The notes: a model not told the origin generated them from the sequence alone. DNA of 64,000 nucleotides from Candidatus Poribacteria bacterium (GCA_965215265.1 OZ244048.1:1824001-1888000); one strand, 5' to 3'; shown: positions 47,514 through 58,724, counted from the first letter of the stretch. Translations and numbers: made by a program.

Positions 47514-49520
47514 ATGGCAGAACAACATCACGAACTCGGCAACGTTTTTATGGATGTTTCAAGACGTGTAAATGACGCGCGAGGTGGAACCCCCCGAGAT
47601 CTCAATACCCCTTATACGTTCCCTGGGTATACTCAAGCAGAATGGGAGGAAAAAGCATCCGCCTTACGTCAACAAATCCGGGTTGCGACAGGCTTAGTGC
47701 CACTGCTTGAACCGACACCGCTTAACGCCACTGTCTTCGGAAAGATTGAACATGACGATTATACCGTGGAAAAGGTACATTTTGAACCGTTTCCCGGCTT
47801 CTTCACAACCGGAAACCTCTACCGTCCCAACGGAAAACAGGGTCCGTTTCCGGGGATTGTGAGCCCTCATGGGCATTGGGGACGCGGGCGGCTTGAGGAT
47901 ATTGAACGCGGTTCGATTCCCGCTCGCTGTATCAACTTTGCAAAGCAGGGCTATGTTATCTTCGCCTACGATATGCTCGGGTACAACGATAGCGGTAAAC
48001 AGATAGAGCATCGCTATGGGGGCGCACGCGAGGCACTGTGGGGCTTGAGTGCCATGGGACTCCAACTCTTGAACGGCATCCGTGCTATCGATTTTTTGGA
48101 AAGCTTACCCGATGTGGATGCTGAACAGCTCGGATGCACGGGGGCATCCGGAGGAGGCACGCAGACGTTTATCTTGACAGCCGTTGATGAGCGCATCAAG
48201 GTATCCGCTCCGGTCAATATGATTTCCGCTACGATGCAGGGTGGCTGTCTCTGTGAAAACGCACCGAATCTGCGGCTGGACGTGAGTAACATTGAAATTG
48301 GGACGTTGATGGCACCGCGCCCCCTCCTGCTTGTTTCTGCAACTGGCGATTGGACTGTCAATACACCGACTGTTGAATACCCAGCAATCCGAAGTATCTA
48401 TGCCCACTTTGGGGCAGAAGATAAGGTACATCAGGTTCAGGTAGATGCGGAGCATAACTATAATCGCGAAAGCCGCGAGGCGGTGTATGCCTGGTTTGCG
48501 AAATGGTTGTTGGGGGTGGATAACCTGTCCGAATTCAAAGAACTCGATTATCAGGTTGAATCTGACGAGGCTCTGTTGGTTTTCTCAGAGTGCGAGCTGC
48601 CGGTACATGCACTGAAGCAGGAGGAATTCCTACCGGCATGGGTGCACAGCGCACATCAAGAAATAGAAAAAAGGCACCCGGCAAATGAGGTAGAATTGGA
48701 GCAGTTTCGCGAGGAAATGGGGAGTATGCTACAGCACGCACTAGGGCTGCACCTGCCAGACAGTGAAGAAGTAACGCTTGTCGAACCGGAAGGGGCGTTC
48801 CCGACAACTTATCGCGATAACTTTTCTATGCAACATCTTGTCATCGGCAGGAAGGAAATTGGAGATACGATTCCAGCACTCCTATTTAGCCCAGAACCAC
48901 AAGTCGGACACGATCCGATTGATGTTATCGTGCATCCTGATGGCAAGGCAAAACTGATTGATTCAACCACGGGCGAACCTTCTCCGCTCATCAAAACTCT
49001 ACTCGAAGCCGACCGGAAGGTGCTTCTGATTGATGTCTTTGGAATTGGCGAGCACAGCAAATATGAACGGCACGAGGATACAAACTATTTTACTACCTAC
49101 AACCGCACGACTGCTGCGTTACGCGTGCAGGATATTGTGACAGCGTTGCACTGTTTTACAAGCAGGGGTGATGTGTCAGAGGTGAACTTAGTTGGGATAG
49201 GCGAAGCTGGACTCTGGAGCCTGCTCGCGGCCGGATTTTCGGATATTTCCAACGTCGTGGCGGATGCAGCACAATTTGATAATGGAAGTGACGCGTCCTA
49301 TTTAGCAACTTTGCCGATTCCGTCGCTTCGCCGTGCTGGCGATTTCCAGACAGCAGGAGCGCTAATTGCTCCACGGCACCTAACTATCCACAACACGGCC
49401 GGTGTGTTTGACGCGTCGTCGATTAAAGGGACTTACCGTAATCTGAAGACAGGTGCTTCTATGAGCGTGGAAACCCGCGTGTTATCTGATAGTGAGATTG
49501 TGGCTCGGTTAATCGGATAA
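47514..49520 (+). CDS. Two-domain alpha/beta hydrolase (acetylxylan/glucuronoyl esterase-like)
   Basis: PHGHW, GASGGG nucleophile, APRP, HNY. Confidence 0.85.
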   Translation: MAEQHHELGNVFMDVSRRVNDARGGTPRDLNTPYTFPGYTQAEWEEKASALRQQIRVATGLVPLLEPTPLNATVFGKIEHDDYTVEKVHFEPFPGFFTTGNLYRPNGKQGPFPGIVSPHGHWGRGRLEDIERGSIPARCINFAKQGYVIFAYDMLGYNDSGKQIEHRYGGAREALWGLSAMGLQLLNGIRAIDFLESLPDVDAEQLGCTGASGGGTQTFILTAVDERIKVSAPVNMISATMQGGCLCENAPNLRLDVSNIEIGTLMAPRPLLLVSATGDWTVNTPTVEYPAIRSIYAHFGAEDKVHQVQVDAEHNYNRESREAVYAWFAKWLLGVDNLSEFKELDYQVESDEALLVFSECELPVHALKQEEFLPAWVHSAHQEIEKRHPANEVELEQFREEMGSMLQHALGLHLPDSEEVTLVEPEGAFPTTYRDNFSMQHLVIGRKEIGDTIPALLFSPEPQVGHDPIDVIVHPDGKAKLIDSTTGEPSPLIKTLLEADRKVLLIDVFGIGEHSKYERHEDTNYFTTYNRTTAALRVQDIVTALHCFTSRGDVSEVNLVGIGEAGLWSLLAAGFSDISNVVADAAQFDNGSDASYLATLPIPSLRRAGDFQTAGALIAPRHLTIHNTAGVFDASSIKGTYRNLKTGASMSVETRVLSDSEIVARLIG

Positions 49521-49578
49521 AAGCATAATGACCTGAGTATTTCTGATGAAACTGCGCCGTTTCACGCTAAGTTAGCGT

Positions 49579-49624
49579 AAAAAAAAACTGTGGGCGGATA
49601 TGGCAATCCGCCCACAGTTTTTTT
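49579..49624. terminator. Bidirectional intrinsic terminator
   Basis: A-run-ctgtgggcggat/atccgcccacag-T-run between convergent genes. Confidence 0.92.
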
Positions 49625-49637
49625 GCAGAGAGTGTGA

Positions 49638-51038
49638 CTATAGGTTATAGCCGCGTTCGTTATGCTGAGACAGGTCGAGCCCCATGCGTTCTTCGTCGGT
49701 GTCAACGCGTAAGCCGACGATGGCATCAACGATTTTAAGGATGATAAACGAAAGCACACCGCTCCATACGAGGGTTATGATGATGCTGATGAACTGCATC
49801 AGGACCTGTGTGCCGATGCTTCTTCCGTCCAACCCAACTCCACCCAAGGCCTCTGCGGCGAAAACGCCGGTCAGTAGTGCACCGACAATACCTCCGACAC
49901 CGTGAACGCCGAATGCGTCTAACGAATCGTCATAACCGAATTGTGCTTTGAGACTCGTGGCAGCCCAGAAACAGACAGCCCCGGAGACGAACCCGATAAC
50001 AAGTGCGCCGATTGGGCCAACGTACCCGGAAGCAGGCGTAATAGCGACGAGCCCTCCAACAGCACCTGTTACGATGCCTAAAGCACTCGGTTTTCCGTGT
50101 TTGCCCCATTCAATGAACATCCATATTATCGCAGCCGCGGCTGTTGAAATCTGTGTGACAAGCATTGCCATGCCAGCGGCACCGTCCGCTGCAACTGCGC
50201 TGCCGGCATTGAAGCCGAACCAACCTACCCAGAGCATTGATGCCCCGACAACGGTCAGGGTTAAACTATGCGGCGGCATCGCGGTATTCGGATAGCCGAG
50301 GCGTTTACCTACCAATATCGCTGCAACTAATGCCGCAATACCCGCATTGATATGCACGACGGTTCCGCCCGCAAAATCGAATGCACCCAGAATATCGCCA
50401 AATAAAGACCCGTCGCCTGCCCAGGCCATGTGGCAAAGCGGGGCGTATACGACGAGAGACCAGACCGCGGAGAAGATGAGCATCGCGGAGAACTTCATCC
50501 GTTCCGCGAATGCACCAGCAATCAGCGCAGGTGTTATAATGGCAAATGTAAGTTGGAAGCAGACAAAGACGGTTTCCGGGATAGTCCCATTTAAACTATC
50601 TACACCCACACCACGTAAAAACATGGTACCGAGTCCGCCCACAAAGGATCCGACGGTGAGCTTTCCTGCTTCCATGCCAGCGGTATTGAAGGCGAGACTA
50701 TAGCCACAAATAATCCATAAGATTGTGATGAGCCCCGTCAATGCGAAGCATTGCATGAGTACAGACAGAACGTTCTGGACGCGCACCAGCCCGCCATAGA
50801 AAAGGGCGAGCCCGGGGATAGTCATAAATAGGACGAGAGCGGTTGCAGTGAGAAGCCAGGCCGTGTCACCAGAATCAGGCGCAGCTGCCTCTTGTGCCAA
50901 GGCAAGACTTGGAACGCCCAAAATTAGGAACACGAATATTAATGTGCTAATTCCTTTTGTAGTACGCCGCTCGCTTGAAAGCTGAACTGTGAAGTCAAAT
51001 CGTTTCTTTGCAGCGTGTGATGAACATCGTTGTTGCAT
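49638..51038 (-). CDS. amtB: Ammonium transporter, AmtB type
   Basis: PGLALFYGGLVR, DFAGGTVVH, GWFGFNAGS, DDSLDAFGVH. GGAGG RBS before ATG at 51038. Confidence 0.95.
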   Translation of the reverse strand: MQQRCSSHAAKKRFDFTVQLSSERRTTKGISTLIFVFLILGVPSLALAQEAAAPDSGDTAWLLTATALVLFMTIPGLALFYGGLVRVQNVLSVLMQCFALTGLITILWIICGYSLAFNTAGMEAGKLTVGSFVGGLGTMFLRGVGVDSLNGTIPETVFVCFQLTFAIITPALIAGAFAERMKFSAMLIFSAVWSLVVYAPLCHMAWAGDGSLFGDILGAFDFAGGTVVHINAGIAALVAAILVGKRLGYPNTAMPPHSLTLTVVGASMLWVGWFGFNAGSAVAADGAAGMAMLVTQISTAAAAIIWMFIEWGKHGKPSALGIVTGAVGGLVAITPASGYVGPIGALVIGFVSGAVCFWAATSLKAQFGYDDSLDAFGVHGVGGIVGALLTGVFAAEALGGVGLDGRSIGTQVLMQFISIIITLVWSGVLSFIILKIVDAIVGLRVDTDEERMGLDLSQHNERGYNL

Positions 51039-51315
51039 CTGAATCCTCCATAAACGTTTTATATTCTGAAGGCAGCTTGAGCTCGCCTTAGAAACCGGGC
51101 GGTGCTGCAGGCCTCCAGAAAAATGATTTTGCTGAGTAGACTTTTTTGTCAACCCAGTCAATGTTTGTCCCAGGGAGCCCGCAAGGACTACCCCCGGATT
51201 AATTGCTTTGATAAGAGGTTATGCAAAGGCGGGCGCAAGCAGCACCCGCCGTACCGTTATTGTATTGTACAGTCTCGTAAAATCTAAAGCATGAGAAACC
51301 GTGTGATGATTTCCA

Positions 51316-52683
51316 TTAGCGAATTGCAGAGACATTAAAGTCAGGGTAGGCACTTGCACCATGCTCTCTGTAGTCAAGTCCTTCCTGTTCTTCCTCTTCA
51401 CTGACGCGTAATCCGGTAATCGCTTTAATACCGTAGAAGAGGATGAATCCAGTAACCAGGCACCATGCGAACACAGCTACGACTCCGACAAACTGGCTCC
51501 AGAGAAATCCCAGGCCGCTGCCATCGGTTGCGAAGAACACGCCCTTCTCAGCGTCGAAAAATCCGAGGAGGAGCGTACCCAACGCACCGCAGGTTCCATG
51601 TACGGAGATGGCACCAACCGGATCATCGATGCGGAGCCTCTCTAAAAACAGAACGCTAAGGACAACAACAATCCCACCAAGGAAACCGATGATAGCAGCA
51701 GAGGGTGGACTAACAGATGCACAACCTGCAGTGATTGCTACCAAGCCTGCGAGCGCACCGTTGAGTGCCATGCCAGCGTCCGGTTTGCCGAGAATCATCC
51801 AGGCAGTAATCATTGCTGCAATCGCACCTGCAGCAGCGGCAAGGTTCGTCGTTACGGCGATAGAAGAGATTGGACCTGCATCCGCACCCATCTGGCTACC
51901 CGGATTAAAGCCAAACCAACCGAGCCACAGAATGAACACACCCAGTGCAGCGAGCGGCAGGTTGTGCCCAGGAATCGGCCGTGGTTTGCCTTCGCCATCG
52001 TACTTGCCAATGCGCGGACCTAACACGATTGCACCTGTTAAGGCAAGCCAGCCCCCTGTTGAATGCACTACTGTTGAACCCGCAAAGTCTGACATGCCGA
52101 GGCTAGATAACCATCCGCCACCCCAAATCCAGTGCCCGACTATCGGATAGATGATACCCGTGATGAAAATGCTGTAAATAAGATAACTTTTGAACTGTGT
52201 ACGCTCTGCCATCGCACCGGAGACGATGGTCGCAGCGGTTGCAGCGAACACCAGCTGGAAAAGCCACGCCGCATGCGTCGGCACCGAACTCCATTCTAAT
52301 GAACTGAAAACACCAGAATCTGACGGGACGAACCATCCGCTTGTGCCCATGAACGCGTTTCCAGCTCCAAACATAATAGCAAACCCAATTGCCCAATAAG
52401 CAATCGAGCCCATTGAGAAGTCCAGCAGGTTCTTCATGAGAATATTCACTGCGTTTTTTGCACGGGTAAAGCCGGATTCAACCATGGCGAAGCCCGCTTG
52501 CATGAAGAAAACGAGAAATGCTGCGACGAGTACCCATAGCGTGTCTGCCATATATTTTGCGTCTGAAACCTTTTCGCCTTCAATAGACCCGTTGAGGGCA
52601 AAAGCATTCGTACTCAGCAGGCAGCTAGCGACTAACAGAACGATGATAATGCTTGTATAGTAACTTAGTGGAACTCTTGTCAT
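51316..52683 (-). CDS. amt: Ammonium transporter, Amt1 type
   Basis: FFMQAGFAMVESG..RAKNAVN, DFAGSTVVH, IDDPVGAISVH. Confidence 0.95.
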   Translation of the reverse strand: MTRVPLSYYTSIIIVLLVASCLLSTNAFALNGSIEGEKVSDAKYMADTLWVLVAAFLVFFMQAGFAMVESGFTRAKNAVNILMKNLLDFSMGSIAYWAIGFAIMFGAGNAFMGTSGWFVPSDSGVFSSLEWSSVPTHAAWLFQLVFAATAATIVSGAMAERTQFKSYLIYSIFITGIIYPIVGHWIWGGGWLSSLGMSDFAGSTVVHSTGGWLALTGAIVLGPRIGKYDGEGKPRPIPGHNLPLAALGVFILWLGWFGFNPGSQMGADAGPISSIAVTTNLAAAAGAIAAMITAWMILGKPDAGMALNGALAGLVAITAGCASVSPPSAAIIGFLGGIVVVLSVLFLERLRIDDPVGAISVHGTCGALGTLLLGFFDAEKGVFFATDGSGLGFLWSQFVGVVAVFAWCLVTGFILFYGIKAITGLRVSEEEEQEGLDYREHGASAYPDFNVSAIR

Positions 52684-52754
52684 ACTGTAATATCTCCTTT
52701 GATTTTTCTATCGCGGTATACCTACCTTACCACACGGAAAGCCTACTGAAGAGT

Positions 52755-53483
52755 TTACCAAGAACGGACGAACGTCATTCTTCCAGTAATGCCTGTGTCT
52801 TCATCTTCTTTTTGGGTTTCGTACCCGACAAAGACACCGAGTGTATTGTTTTCACCATACCCGACGTTCGCTCGTGCACCGGCTATCAGACTACTGAGCC
52901 CGCCCTCATCGCCTAAGCTGAGTGTGACTTCTACTTGCGGACCGATAGCGAGAGTGTCGTTGAGTGAGTACAAAATAAAATCGCGCGTATAAAAAGAATC
53001 CTCTGCTTCCTCATCGAAAGGTGAATTGAAGAATCCTTGTATCCACGATTCAAAATAGATGGACCCAGCGGTGAGATACGTGAACAACTGAGGGGCAATC
53101 AGGGAAGATGGACCATTTGGGGCAGCGTAGTCAAATCCGATGCCAACCATCGGTAATAAGCTGAGTTCAAGCTCTTCACTTTCAACAACCGGGATACCGA
53201 GCCCGACATCTAGCTCACCGAAGGTATCTACGATGTAAATATCAGTGTCAAGTGAGATATTGCCGAGGAAATCAGGCGAATGACTCGCACCAAACCAAAT
53301 TTGCGTACCTAAGCTATCCGTGTCCGTACGGAACCACCCTGAGATACTTGATTCCTCTTCCGCGCCGTCTTCATGCATTTCGTGTGCTTCATGTGCATCG
53401 GCAAAAACTGCCGGTGCTGCGGTAATTGTCATAAGACAAACGATTACCAGAATTTTAGTTAACCAAAACGTGTTGATTTTCAT
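52755..53483 (-). CDS. Putative outer-membrane beta-barrel protein
   Basis: Signal peptide, alternating amphipathic strands, C-terminal aromatic residue (TFVRSW). First gene of the amt operon. Confidence 0.65.
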   Translation of the reverse strand: MKINTFWLTKILVIVCLMTITAAPAVFADAHEAHEMHEDGAEEESSISGWFRTDTDSLGTQIWFGASHSPDFLGNISLDTDIYIVDTFGELDVGLGIPVVESEELELSLLPMVGIGFDYAAPNGPSSLIAPQLFTYLTAGSIYFESWIQGFFNSPFDEEAEDSFYTRDFILYSLNDTLAIGPQVEVTLSLGDEGGLSSLIAGARANVGYGENNTLGVFVGYETQKEDEDTGITGRMTFVRSW

Positions 53484-53688
53484 TAAAGTCTCCTTGTTAT
53501 ATAGTTAATGTAGGACGATGTTTGCAAGTCCAGCTTGATAAGCGCCTGGCATTGCACCCCTAAAATATGGGGGGCATCCGTGCTGTACGGTGGCACGTTG
53601 TATGCAAGTCTTCTGAACCTTTTCTTGCAACCCGCATCAATTTATGATAGAATGGGGACTGAACAGCGCACCTGCTACTATATTGTTG

Positions 53689-53704
53689 TGCAATTTGCAT
53701 GCCA
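53689..53704 (-). promoter_or_regulatory. Sigma54 (-24/-12) promoter of the barrel-amt-amt operon
   Basis: TGGCAT-GCAAA-TTGCA with canonical spacing, upstream of nitrogen-uptake genes. Confidence 0.8.
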
Positions 53705-53927
53705 ATTGTGTACGAGAACCGATCCTAATGCAGTGAAACATGACTGTATAGAGCCGTTTAATGGTATTGCTAAAGCGTATATAGATGGGTGAAAAGGCAT
53801 ACCTACTCAACGGTTGTCGGTTTTTATACAGAGAAGTGATAAGGCTCGCCCGGTGTAGCGCTTCGCTTGTTCCTCTCGTAAAAGACGTTTCGGCTATTCA
53901 TTTTAAGGAGACAGGCCTCTGATAACT

Positions 53928-55331
53928 ATGCTGAAATTTTCATCAAAAAATTGCCCAAAAAAGATGCAAATAGTGCTTTTAAGTACCGTTGTGCTTTTGG
54001 GCACGTGCCTCAGATTCTGGGATTTAGGGGCGTGGAGTTTTTGGAAAGACGAGGTTTTCATGGTGTTAGATGCGGAACAGTTCTCATTGGAGAACATTCG
54101 CATTAATCCCCTGCCGTACCTACTTGTGAAACTATCTATCGCGATTGCAGGTAATAGCGAATGGGGGAGCCGTTTGATTCCTTGTGTGGTCGGAATTTTC
54201 TCAATTCTTTTAATCTTTGGGTTGGCACGGACGCTATTCAATTGGCGGGTCGGGCTGTTGGCAGCAGTGTTCGTTGCATTTGCAAGCTGGCATCTGTTTT
54301 GGTCACAGAATGCACGTGCTTCCTATATTTTGTGCTTTTTTTTCGCAGCATTGACAGCCTGGCTCTTCTACCTATCCCTAGAAAAAAGTTCTACGTTGTT
54401 GACGATCGCTGCATTTTTCAGTTGTGTCTGTCTAATTTTATCGCACTTCCTGACGGTGTTCATCGTTCCAGCATTTGCGATATATGGGTTGCTATGTCTA
54501 CAGCCACCGTCTTCCAGAAAACGGTGGCTGAATTTGCTCCTCTTTTTCGTTCCGTTTGCGTTGCCGATATTAACGCTCTTACACCCTCAGGTGCGCGGAT
54601 ACCTCTTTTCGGGTTGGGGCCTCAACGAATGGCGGCGGAGTCCGCTCTATATCGGACTGACACTCGTGCATGGGATTAGCGTACCCATCGCTGTCACAGC
54701 ATTTTTCGGTGGGATTGCGACAGCATCTAGTCGGCAAACCCGTTTTCTCATCTGCTATGCCGGTGTCCCTTTGTGTCTCTTTCTAATTGCCTCGCAGTTC
54801 CAGAATGTAGCGGGTTATTATCTTTTTTGGACAACACCCGCGTATTTCATTCTCGCTGCTGTGATATGTGACAGGATGTGGCATTGGAGCCGCGCAGAAG
54901 GTGCATCGAAATTATTGGGCACGCTTCTGACCTGCCTCCTTGTGGTGAATCTGGCAGCGCAGGATTACCTCTACTTCAACCTCGAAAATGGCGGACGGCC
55001 CAGGTGGCGTGAGGCGTTTGAAACCGTTCGAACGCAGATGGAATCTACCGATAAAGTGGTACTCTCGGTAACGGCGATGGGAACATACTATCTGCCGCAA
55101 TTGGAGCTAATTTATATCGGAGGATTGCTAAACGATGCAGCAGCATTTGAGAAGCAGTGGATATCTGACGCACACCGGTTGTGGTTCTTAGTAGACGTAG
55201 CGAATTTTAACGTGTTTGATGCAAACGAGAAGGTTCGCAATTGGATCCGCCAGCGCGGACGCTTGGTAAAAACAGTCCCAGCATTTTCCCGGGCGAGAGA
55301 TCGGACAATTCACGTCTATTTATTGGAGTAG
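53928..55331 (+). CDS. GT-C fold membrane glycosyltransferase (PMT/ArnT, family 39-like)
   Basis: LRFWDLGAWSFWKDE, SEWGSRL, WSQNAR; many TM segments. Confidence 0.85.
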   Translation: MLKFSSKNCPKKMQIVLLSTVVLLGTCLRFWDLGAWSFWKDEVFMVLDAEQFSLENIRINPLPYLLVKLSIAIAGNSEWGSRLIPCVVGIFSILLIFGLARTLFNWRVGLLAAVFVAFASWHLFWSQNARASYILCFFFAALTAWLFYLSLEKSSTLLTIAAFFSCVCLILSHFLTVFIVPAFAIYGLLCLQPPSSRKRWLNLLLFFVPFALPILTLLHPQVRGYLFSGWGLNEWRRSPLYIGLTLVHGISVPIAVTAFFGGIATASSRQTRFLICYAGVPLCLFLIASQFQNVAGYYLFWTTPAYFILAAVICDRMWHWSRAEGASKLLGTLLTCLLVVNLAAQDYLYFNLENGGRPRWREAFETVRTQMESTDKVVLSVTAMGTYYLPQLELIYIGGLLNDAAAFEKQWISDAHRLWFLVDVANFNVFDANEKVRNWIRQRGRLVKTVPAFSRARDRTIHVYLLE

Positions 55332-55415
55332 CGATAATAGCAAAAAACAAGATACACACCGGTTGCTTTACGTAGGTAGAACGCATGTTATCCATAACTG
55401 TTCGGTGTCGTAGGG

Positions 55416-58400
55416 TTAACGTTTTTTGACGAATGCAGCACTGCAAATGACTTGAGGCTGCGCGCTGTTTTGCTGCTCGGGGTTAGCAGGACGGTTTACC
55501 ACCGCCGTTAGGTTATAGCGTTGATAGAGGTTTTTCAGTTCAGTGAGTAACGGACTGCTTGTGATTTTGTCGCGATAGATGCGGTTGATTTCTCGTTTGA
55601 GGGCTTCTGTCGGATGTGCACGGAAGGCTTGTTCAAGGTATCCTATTGCTTTATCTGTCTCGGTGTTAGCAAGAATTTTTAACTGGTTCAAGATGTACTT
55701 TTGTGCCCGGGTCAAGTGCTGTTTCGGGAAGAGCGTTTTCATAGCTCTGATTCGGGCAGCAAACTGTTTTTGGGTTTTTGTGACGAGCGCGTTGTGGGTT
55801 GGCGGAATAGGCTCCCCGGGCAATTCCGGGGCACACTCAAGGTAGCGAAGCATTTCTGAGATATCGGTGGTAAGTTCGATGCCGTTTTCATCAAACAGCA
55901 CAAGATGCTTGTTCTGTTGGGAGCGGCAGAAGACATAAGTACCTTCAATCTCCGCCGGGATACCTGTGCGGATGCCGTCTCTCAAATCTGCGATGCGCTG
56001 ATATTCGTCTGGGTTTTGTCGTTTTAATTGTCGCAACATCTCTTCTGCTTCGCTTAAACCGAAACTGGCTTCCTCTGTTTCTTCAAAGCTGCTGAGCTCT
56101 TCGCCGTTCTGTTCATATATAGCGTACATGGTGCTTTCGTTGAGCTGCTCGGTGTTATCAAGGATCGCCGCATCTTCGCCAATGGTATCGTGAATTTCTT
56201 GTATGCGATGGGTGAGTTTTTCACGGAGCCCGAGGTTGCGCTCAATGCCGAGCTCTGGAAGGAAGTTGAAGCCGTGAATTTCGTCAAACCGGCTGCCTAT
56301 TCTGTCAATGCGTCCAAAACGTTGGATTAATCTGACTGGGTTCCAGTGTAAATCGTAGTTGATGAGCATGCCGCAATCTTGCAAGTTCAACCCCTCAGCG
56401 AGCACATCTGTGGTAATCAACGTATTAATCTCATTTTCGCCCGGTTTGAGTTTGTATCCATTTGACTTAGGTGAGAACAAGCCGACGACATGCGGTTTCT
56501 TCGTCTTTTTGTTGCTATGAATGACCTCAGTATTGCTATCCGTTAGGTTCTCAGAAAGATAAAGCGCGGTATCAATATACTGCGTAAAGATTAAGCGTTT
56601 TTTGCCGTGCAACGGTGGGTTCTCAAGCTGCTTTTTGAGGGTTTGAAGCTTAGCATCCTGCGCCGGGGTGATAGAGCGCACGCTCTCTAAAATCTCCGCT
56701 AAGATTTCAATATCATGTTTTATCGCGGCACGTAGTCTAGTGACGTTAAAGTCCCGGATTTTGTATTGTTCTGAGGTTTCACGCAATTGATCCAGAACGG
56801 TGCTAATGTCTTGTTCTTCGGCGGTGAGGTCCGTTTCCTCGGCTGTAGCTGCTTCATAGAGAATTTTTTGCGCACCGTCACCAGCAGGCACAACCCCGTT
56901 TTCAAGGGCACTGAGGAACTCAACATGCACGTTGTGGAATCGGGAGATAGTGGTTTTAAAAGCATAGACGCTGGATTCAAACCGTTTGAAGAGAAGGATG
57001 CGCATCAGGCCGCGTAGGTTCCTTCCAGCACTCTGTAAATCCTGATAAGGCGATAGTCCCTGTTTTTCACGTTTGACGTAGTGCCAAAGCCCATAGCGCG
57101 CATAACTCAATTGGGGGACTGTGGTAGCCTCAGTTGTGCCGATATATTCTCTAATCCGTTGATAAAGCCCTTGGTAGGTCTCCTCAATGCTATATTCTAT
57201 CGTCTTGAGGCACCGCTTTGGAAAGAACTGTTTTGCACCACCAACTCGGACGTAGGCACGGCGTTGGCGGTGCAAATAATCCCCAAATTGCGTCGCATCC
57301 ACCGGTTCATCTGTCTCCGCATCATATCCATACCATCGCAGAATATGGTTTCGCGTACGACGGATGAGAATGTGCTGCAAGAGTTTAGTGAGGCAGGACT
57401 CCCCGGCCTCAATCATACGGAAATATTGCCGGAGATTAGATTCCTCTAACGGGAGCTGTGTCTCATCGGTAATATGAAAAAGCTTGAGCTGATGGTAGAT
57501 GTCCCACGCACTTTTATTCCGCGGCGTTGCCGTGAGCAAGCAGCACTTTTTCGCACCGCTGGCCAAAAATTCCTGCAAGATGCGGTAACGCTGTGTATTA
57601 GCGTTTCGGAAATGATGACTTTCATCAATGAGAACAAAATCGCACTGTCTATACCGAATGTCCTCAAACAGGCGCTGCCTCGCATCCTCTGCTCCACTAC
57701 TCAAAAGTCCTGTTGAGAGAATTTCAGCGTGGAGCCTATAGGTAGCGTTATACTCTCTCCACATCGGAATGAGACCGGGCGGACAGAGAATCAGCGGACG
57801 AGCCGCCTCAGATACCTCAAAATGCTTGATAATTGCAGAACCGATGTAACTCTTACCCAAACCCACAACATCCGAGATGAAGACACCACCGTACTCATTA
57901 ATCAACTTGATTGCTTGGGATACGGCGACTTGTTGAAAATCTGTCAACTGCTCAAGCAGTTCGTCCGAGGACGAGACATCAATTCCTTCATCCGCCTCAA
58001 TGCTCTCTTTCACCAATTCATAAATCGTTTTCATGTAGATATCGTACGGACGGACAAGGGCAAGTGCCCAAGAGGTTTTTAACTCCTCCATCAAAGCAGC
58101 TGCGAACTCCTCTGATTCATCCCATAATTCGTCAAACCAGTTTCGGAGTTGTTCCTGATTCGCTTTGCCATGGACGACGACGTTTAGTTCTGTGTTACTT
58201 GTTAACCCAGCGAGGGTAAGGTTCGATGAGCCGACAATAGAAATGCCTGATTCATATTTATTGTCTTTATAGTCAAAAATATACGCCTTGGCGTGAAGGC
58301 GTTCCTTAGTATAAACCTTGACTTTTAACTGCCCGCTGGCGATGAGATCCACGAGGGTTTTGATGAACCGCTCAGAGGTATCCAATTGCGGCATCGTTTC

Positions 58401-58724
58401 GATGCAGGCCCTGAGGTTTTGTGTTGTTTCTTGGGCACGCGCTTTGTGCTCCGTGCTTTTCAAATAACGATTTGATTGAATCGTTTCTTCAACAGACCTC
58501 AACTGTTGATATCCCTCAGCAAGTTGTTCAATGGTTTCGCGGGTGCTGGTGTTGCCAATCAGCAGGCGAAGCTCCGTGACGTTTTGGAGCGGCTCCGCAA
58601 TACCTTCAAAACCAGAGAGAAAAAAGTAGCCGACGGCGAAACGCGCACGCTCAGTTTCATCTAAAATGAGGTTGACGTGCTCTAGCAGTTTTTCGTGACG
58701 GTTGTCAATAATGTCGTGTGGCAT
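55416..58724 (-). CDS. PLD nuclease-SNF2 helicase fusion
   Basis: HAKAYIFD..GSSNLT (HKD), DVVGLGKS, DESH, LTATP, EGLNLQ, WNPVRLIQRFGRIDR. Confidence 0.92.
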   Translation of the reverse strand: MPHDIIDNRHEKLLEHVNLILDETERARFAVGYFFLSGFEGIAEPLQNVTELRLLIGNTSTRETIEQLAEGYQQLRSVEETIQSNRYLKSTEHKARAQETTQNLRACIETMPQLDTSERFIKTLVDLIASGQLKVKVYTKERLHAKAYIFDYKDNKYESGISIVGSSNLTLAGLTSNTELNVVVHGKANQEQLRNWFDELWDESEEFAAALMEELKTSWALALVRPYDIYMKTIYELVKESIEADEGIDVSSSDELLEQLTDFQQVAVSQAIKLINEYGGVFISDVVGLGKSYIGSAIIKHFEVSEAARPLILCPPGLIPMWREYNATYRLHAEILSTGLLSSGAEDARQRLFEDIRYRQCDFVLIDESHHFRNANTQRYRILQEFLASGAKKCCLLTATPRNKSAWDIYHQLKLFHITDETQLPLEESNLRQYFRMIEAGESCLTKLLQHILIRRTRNHILRWYGYDAETDEPVDATQFGDYLHRQRRAYVRVGGAKQFFPKRCLKTIEYSIEETYQGLYQRIREYIGTTEATTVPQLSYARYGLWHYVKREKQGLSPYQDLQSAGRNLRGLMRILLFKRFESSVYAFKTTISRFHNVHVEFLSALENGVVPAGDGAQKILYEAATAEETDLTAEEQDISTVLDQLRETSEQYKIRDFNVTRLRAAIKHDIEILAEILESVRSITPAQDAKLQTLKKQLENPPLHGKKRLIFTQYIDTALYLSENLTDSNTEVIHSNKKTKKPHVVGLFSPKSNGYKLKPGENEINTLITTDVLAEGLNLQDCGMLINYDLHWNPVRLIQRFGRIDRIGSRFDEIHGFNFLPELGIERNLGLREKLTHRIQEIHDTIGEDAAILDNTEQLNESTMYAIYEQNGEELSSFEETEEASFGLSEAEEMLRQLKRQNPDEYQRIADLRDGIRTGIPAEIEGTYVFCRSQQNKHLVLFDENGIELTTDISEMLRYLECAPELPGEPIPPTHNALVTKTQKQFAARIRAMKTLFPKQHLTRAQKYILNQLKILANTETDKAIGYLEQAFRAHPTEALKREINRIYRDKITSSPLLTELKNLYQRYNLTAVVNRPANPEQQNSAQPQVICSAAFVKKR

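Noticed and set aside
51443-52150. Long antisense ORFs (also 43357-43980, 44578-45105, 13956-14477)
   Set aside because: They are shadow frames opposite well-supported genes.
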